51,115 bases of DNA from Armatimonadota bacterium. GTDB lineage: Bacteria > Armatimonadota > UBA5829 > DTLH01. How positions within the stretch are numbered: position 1 is the first letter of the stretch; every line of letters starts with the position of its first letter. The notes below the pieces were generated by a model. That model saw only the letters and a list, made by a program, of their open reading frames with translations, was not told the origin of the DNA and made no database searches. The stretch spans positions 1-51,115 of the forward strand of contig JBDKSP010000085.1 of assembly GCA_039680575.1 (NCBI GenBank), given 5' to 3'. The position numbers and the translations under genes are program-made. Positions 49,141 through 51,115 of this stretch are shown here, piece by piece.

Positions 49141-50727
49141 ATGCGTAATGTTCTCGCTGCAATGCTGGTATTTTTGCTAATCGGATCAGTCTGTTTTGCA
49201 GCAGATACCCCAGCAGCACCAAATCAAACGATAGCGGAAGTCAAGTCTGCAGTAACTGTATATCCTGCAACAACATCTACTGGAAGTAGACTAACCGTAG
49301 ACTTAACCAGATTCTCCAATGCACAAGATGAGAACACCGTTATTCAAAAGAGCAAGAAAGCTGATTTTCAGCAAGTTGCTACTGATGGAGGATATGTTGT
49401 TGTAACCTCAAAAAACACCTATAACGATCCTCAATGGCATGAAGTTGTAAAGGTGTTATCGTTTAAGCATAATGCCGAAATTATGGTATATGAAGGCACT
49501 GTTGCTATAGCTAAGGATGAACTAGCAAAACGAATGCCGAAGTATGTTTGCTTTATCCTCAAACCAGAAGAGGCCAATTGGCAATTCGTATTGAAGGTGC
49601 ATCGGATGACTAGGATGCTGGATGATGATCCATACACAGATACGATTTGGGGGATTATCACAGGATATGATGTCTATGATGCCCTAAGAATTGCAGCATG
49701 TTCTGACCCATTGGTTATCCATAAGGCGCTATCCGCAACTTTTACATTTCCTATGGAAAACTTTGATGAAGCAATACGTTATAATGAGTCCCAGAAGAAT
49801 TACGAAGAAGTAAAGACTAAAGATGGTGTTATAAAAGAAACAACTTGTCCAGATGACACAACTAAAGAGTTGGTGGATAATCTGAACAATTACAAACCTG
49901 ATCTGTTTATTACCTCAGGTCATGCATCGGAACGTGACTGGCGTATTGGCTATAACTATGATAATGGCGAGTTTCGTTGTAAAGATGGGGTTTTGAGGGG
50001 TGTCGATCTAGAAGGTACTATCTACCCAGTTAATTCTCCAAATCCAAAGGTTTACATAGCTCCAGGAAATTGTCGTATTGCAAACATTAAGAATAGAAAC
50101 TCAATAGCACTTGCATATATGTCATCATGCGGAGCAAACCAGATGGTGGGATATACTGTAAGGACTATACAAGGATACGGAGGATGGGGTACATATTTGT
50201 ATTTTATGTATCAGCCTGGAAGATTTACTCTGGCTGAATCCTGGTATCTTAATAACCAATCTTTAATTAACAGACTTGAGACTCGCTTCCCGGATAAAGC
50301 ACGAGTTGATATTGATAATTGGGATGATTATACAGACCCAACAATAATGAGTATATTGGGTTATAAGCACTGGGACATCAATGTCGAGGAGAATGTTAAA
50401 TTAATAAATGATAGAGATACTGTAGTCTTGTATGGCGATCCTGCTTGGGATGCCCGCCTCGTGTCACGAAATACCGGATGGGAACAAAAGCTGACTGAAA
50501 AAGATGGTGTATATACCTTTGAGCTTACTGGTCTAGAAGACACTACTTGCATGCGTCCACCTGCTATGTTTCTTCCTCATCGGGTGCGCAATGTGGAGAT
50601 TCTTGTCGGCAAAGAGCTTGCGCCTCTAGTGACGGATAACTTTCTTATGCTGCCTAAATTAGAAAAGGTGGAAAAAGGTAAGATTTATAGATTAGTATTC
50701 AAGGCTGAAAAGGCATACTCAATGTAA
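49141..50727 (+). CDS. Secreted protein, putative gingipain/C25-like (clan CD) cysteine peptidase
   Basis: Signal peptide; FITSGHA and YIAPGNC as a candidate His/Cys dyad; VLYGDP. Confidence 0.6.
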   Translation: MRNVLAAMLVFLLIGSVCFAADTPAAPNQTIAEVKSAVTVYPATTSTGSRLTVDLTRFSNAQDENTVIQKSKKADFQQVATDGGYVVVTSKNTYNDPQWHEVVKVLSFKHNAEIMVYEGTVAIAKDELAKRMPKYVCFILKPEEANWQFVLKVHRMTRMLDDDPYTDTIWGIITGYDVYDALRIAACSDPLVIHKALSATFTFPMENFDEAIRYNESQKNYEEVKTKDGVIKETTCPDDTTKELVDNLNNYKPDLFITSGHASERDWRIGYNYDNGEFRCKDGVLRGVDLEGTIYPVNSPNPKVYIAPGNCRIANIKNRNSIALAYMSSCGANQMVGYTVRTIQGYGGWGTYLYFMYQPGRFTLAESWYLNNQSLINRLETRFPDKARVDIDNWDDYTDPTIMSILGYKHWDINVEENVKLINDRDTVVLYGDPAWDARLVSRNTGWEQKLTEKDGVYTFELTGLEDTTCMRPPAMFLPHRVRNVEILVGKELAPLVTDNFLMLPKLEKVEKGKIYRLVFKAEKAYSM

Positions 50728-50803
50728 ACGATTCTTTGGTGTGTGATCCAGATGCATGTAATAAGGAGATCGCTCAAAGCGGCTTCTTGTGTAGCATCAA
50801 AAT

Positions 50804-50841
50804 GAAGCCGTCTCAAAAGCAGATCCGAGGCGGCTTCTTTT
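50804..50841 (+). terminator. Intrinsic terminator-like hairpin ending the cargo operon
   Basis: gaagccgtctc...gaggcggcttc followed by T-run. Confidence 0.5.
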
Positions 50842-50885
50842 AGTGTATGCCGAGCGAGCGTTCGTTTTCGGATGTAAAAATCCAC

Positions 50886-51115
50886 TTATATAAAATAAGA
50901 TCGGTCTCTGCATCGATCCCTTAATCCCAACTCTTTCACCCGGATCCGCATTGCAGACAGGCTGACGCTGAACCGGCTGGCCATCACAGGGACCCGGCCG
51001 GTGGGATTCGACGATAGCTCATCCCACCACTCCCGGACCAGCCAATGCGGCATAAGGAGTGCCGCCGCAAACCTATCGGCACGGCGTTCTTCAATCGGCT
51101 TGATCGGCACATTTG
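50886..51115 (-). CDS. C-terminal part of an ImmA/IrrE (DUF955) metallopeptidase, truncated by the window edge
   Basis: E-RRADRFAAALLMP followed by HTH-like ASRFSVSLSAMRIRVKELGL; frame open to the window end. Confidence 0.8.
   Translation of the reverse strand, partial: NVPIKPIEERRADRFAAALLMPHWLVREWWDELSSNPTGRVPVMASRFSVSLSAMRIRVKELGLRDRCRDRSYFI

Overview
Bacterial chromosomal window from a diderm organism, probably Armatimonadota or a related Terrabacteria lineage. This is an inference from the lptC/A/B + single lptF/G + DUF3084-like + yqgF cluster, short type IV pilins, guaB3 and a Gram-positive-type LexA box. Positions 1-35.4 kb hold mostly housekeeping genes: GT4, radical SAM, ftsY, two pilins, ogg, DUF151-rho-hpt-guaA-guaB3, rnhA, comEA, the lpt operon, alr, serC, tldD-pmbA-tldD, a LexA-controlled Y-family polymerase operon and a histidine kinase. 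At least two families of nested palindromic/MITE-like repeats are scattered between these genes. Three tRNAs follow (Arg-GCG, Arg-CCT, Ser-CGA). A tyrosine-integrase island begins at the 3' end of tRNA-Ser and runs off the window. It carries a stand-alone copy of the integrase arm-binding domain behind a highly structured leader. It also carries a long co-oriented cassette of exported proteins: a small secreted protein, a beta-helix protein, a Sec-signal Cys-rich RHS protein with an unrecognised C-terminal domain, an ankyrin lipoprotein, DUF1573, rhodanese, MauE/DoxX and a gingipain-like protein. A partial ImmA/IrrE-like gene lies at the edge. All calls are by eye from motifs; no database searches were run.
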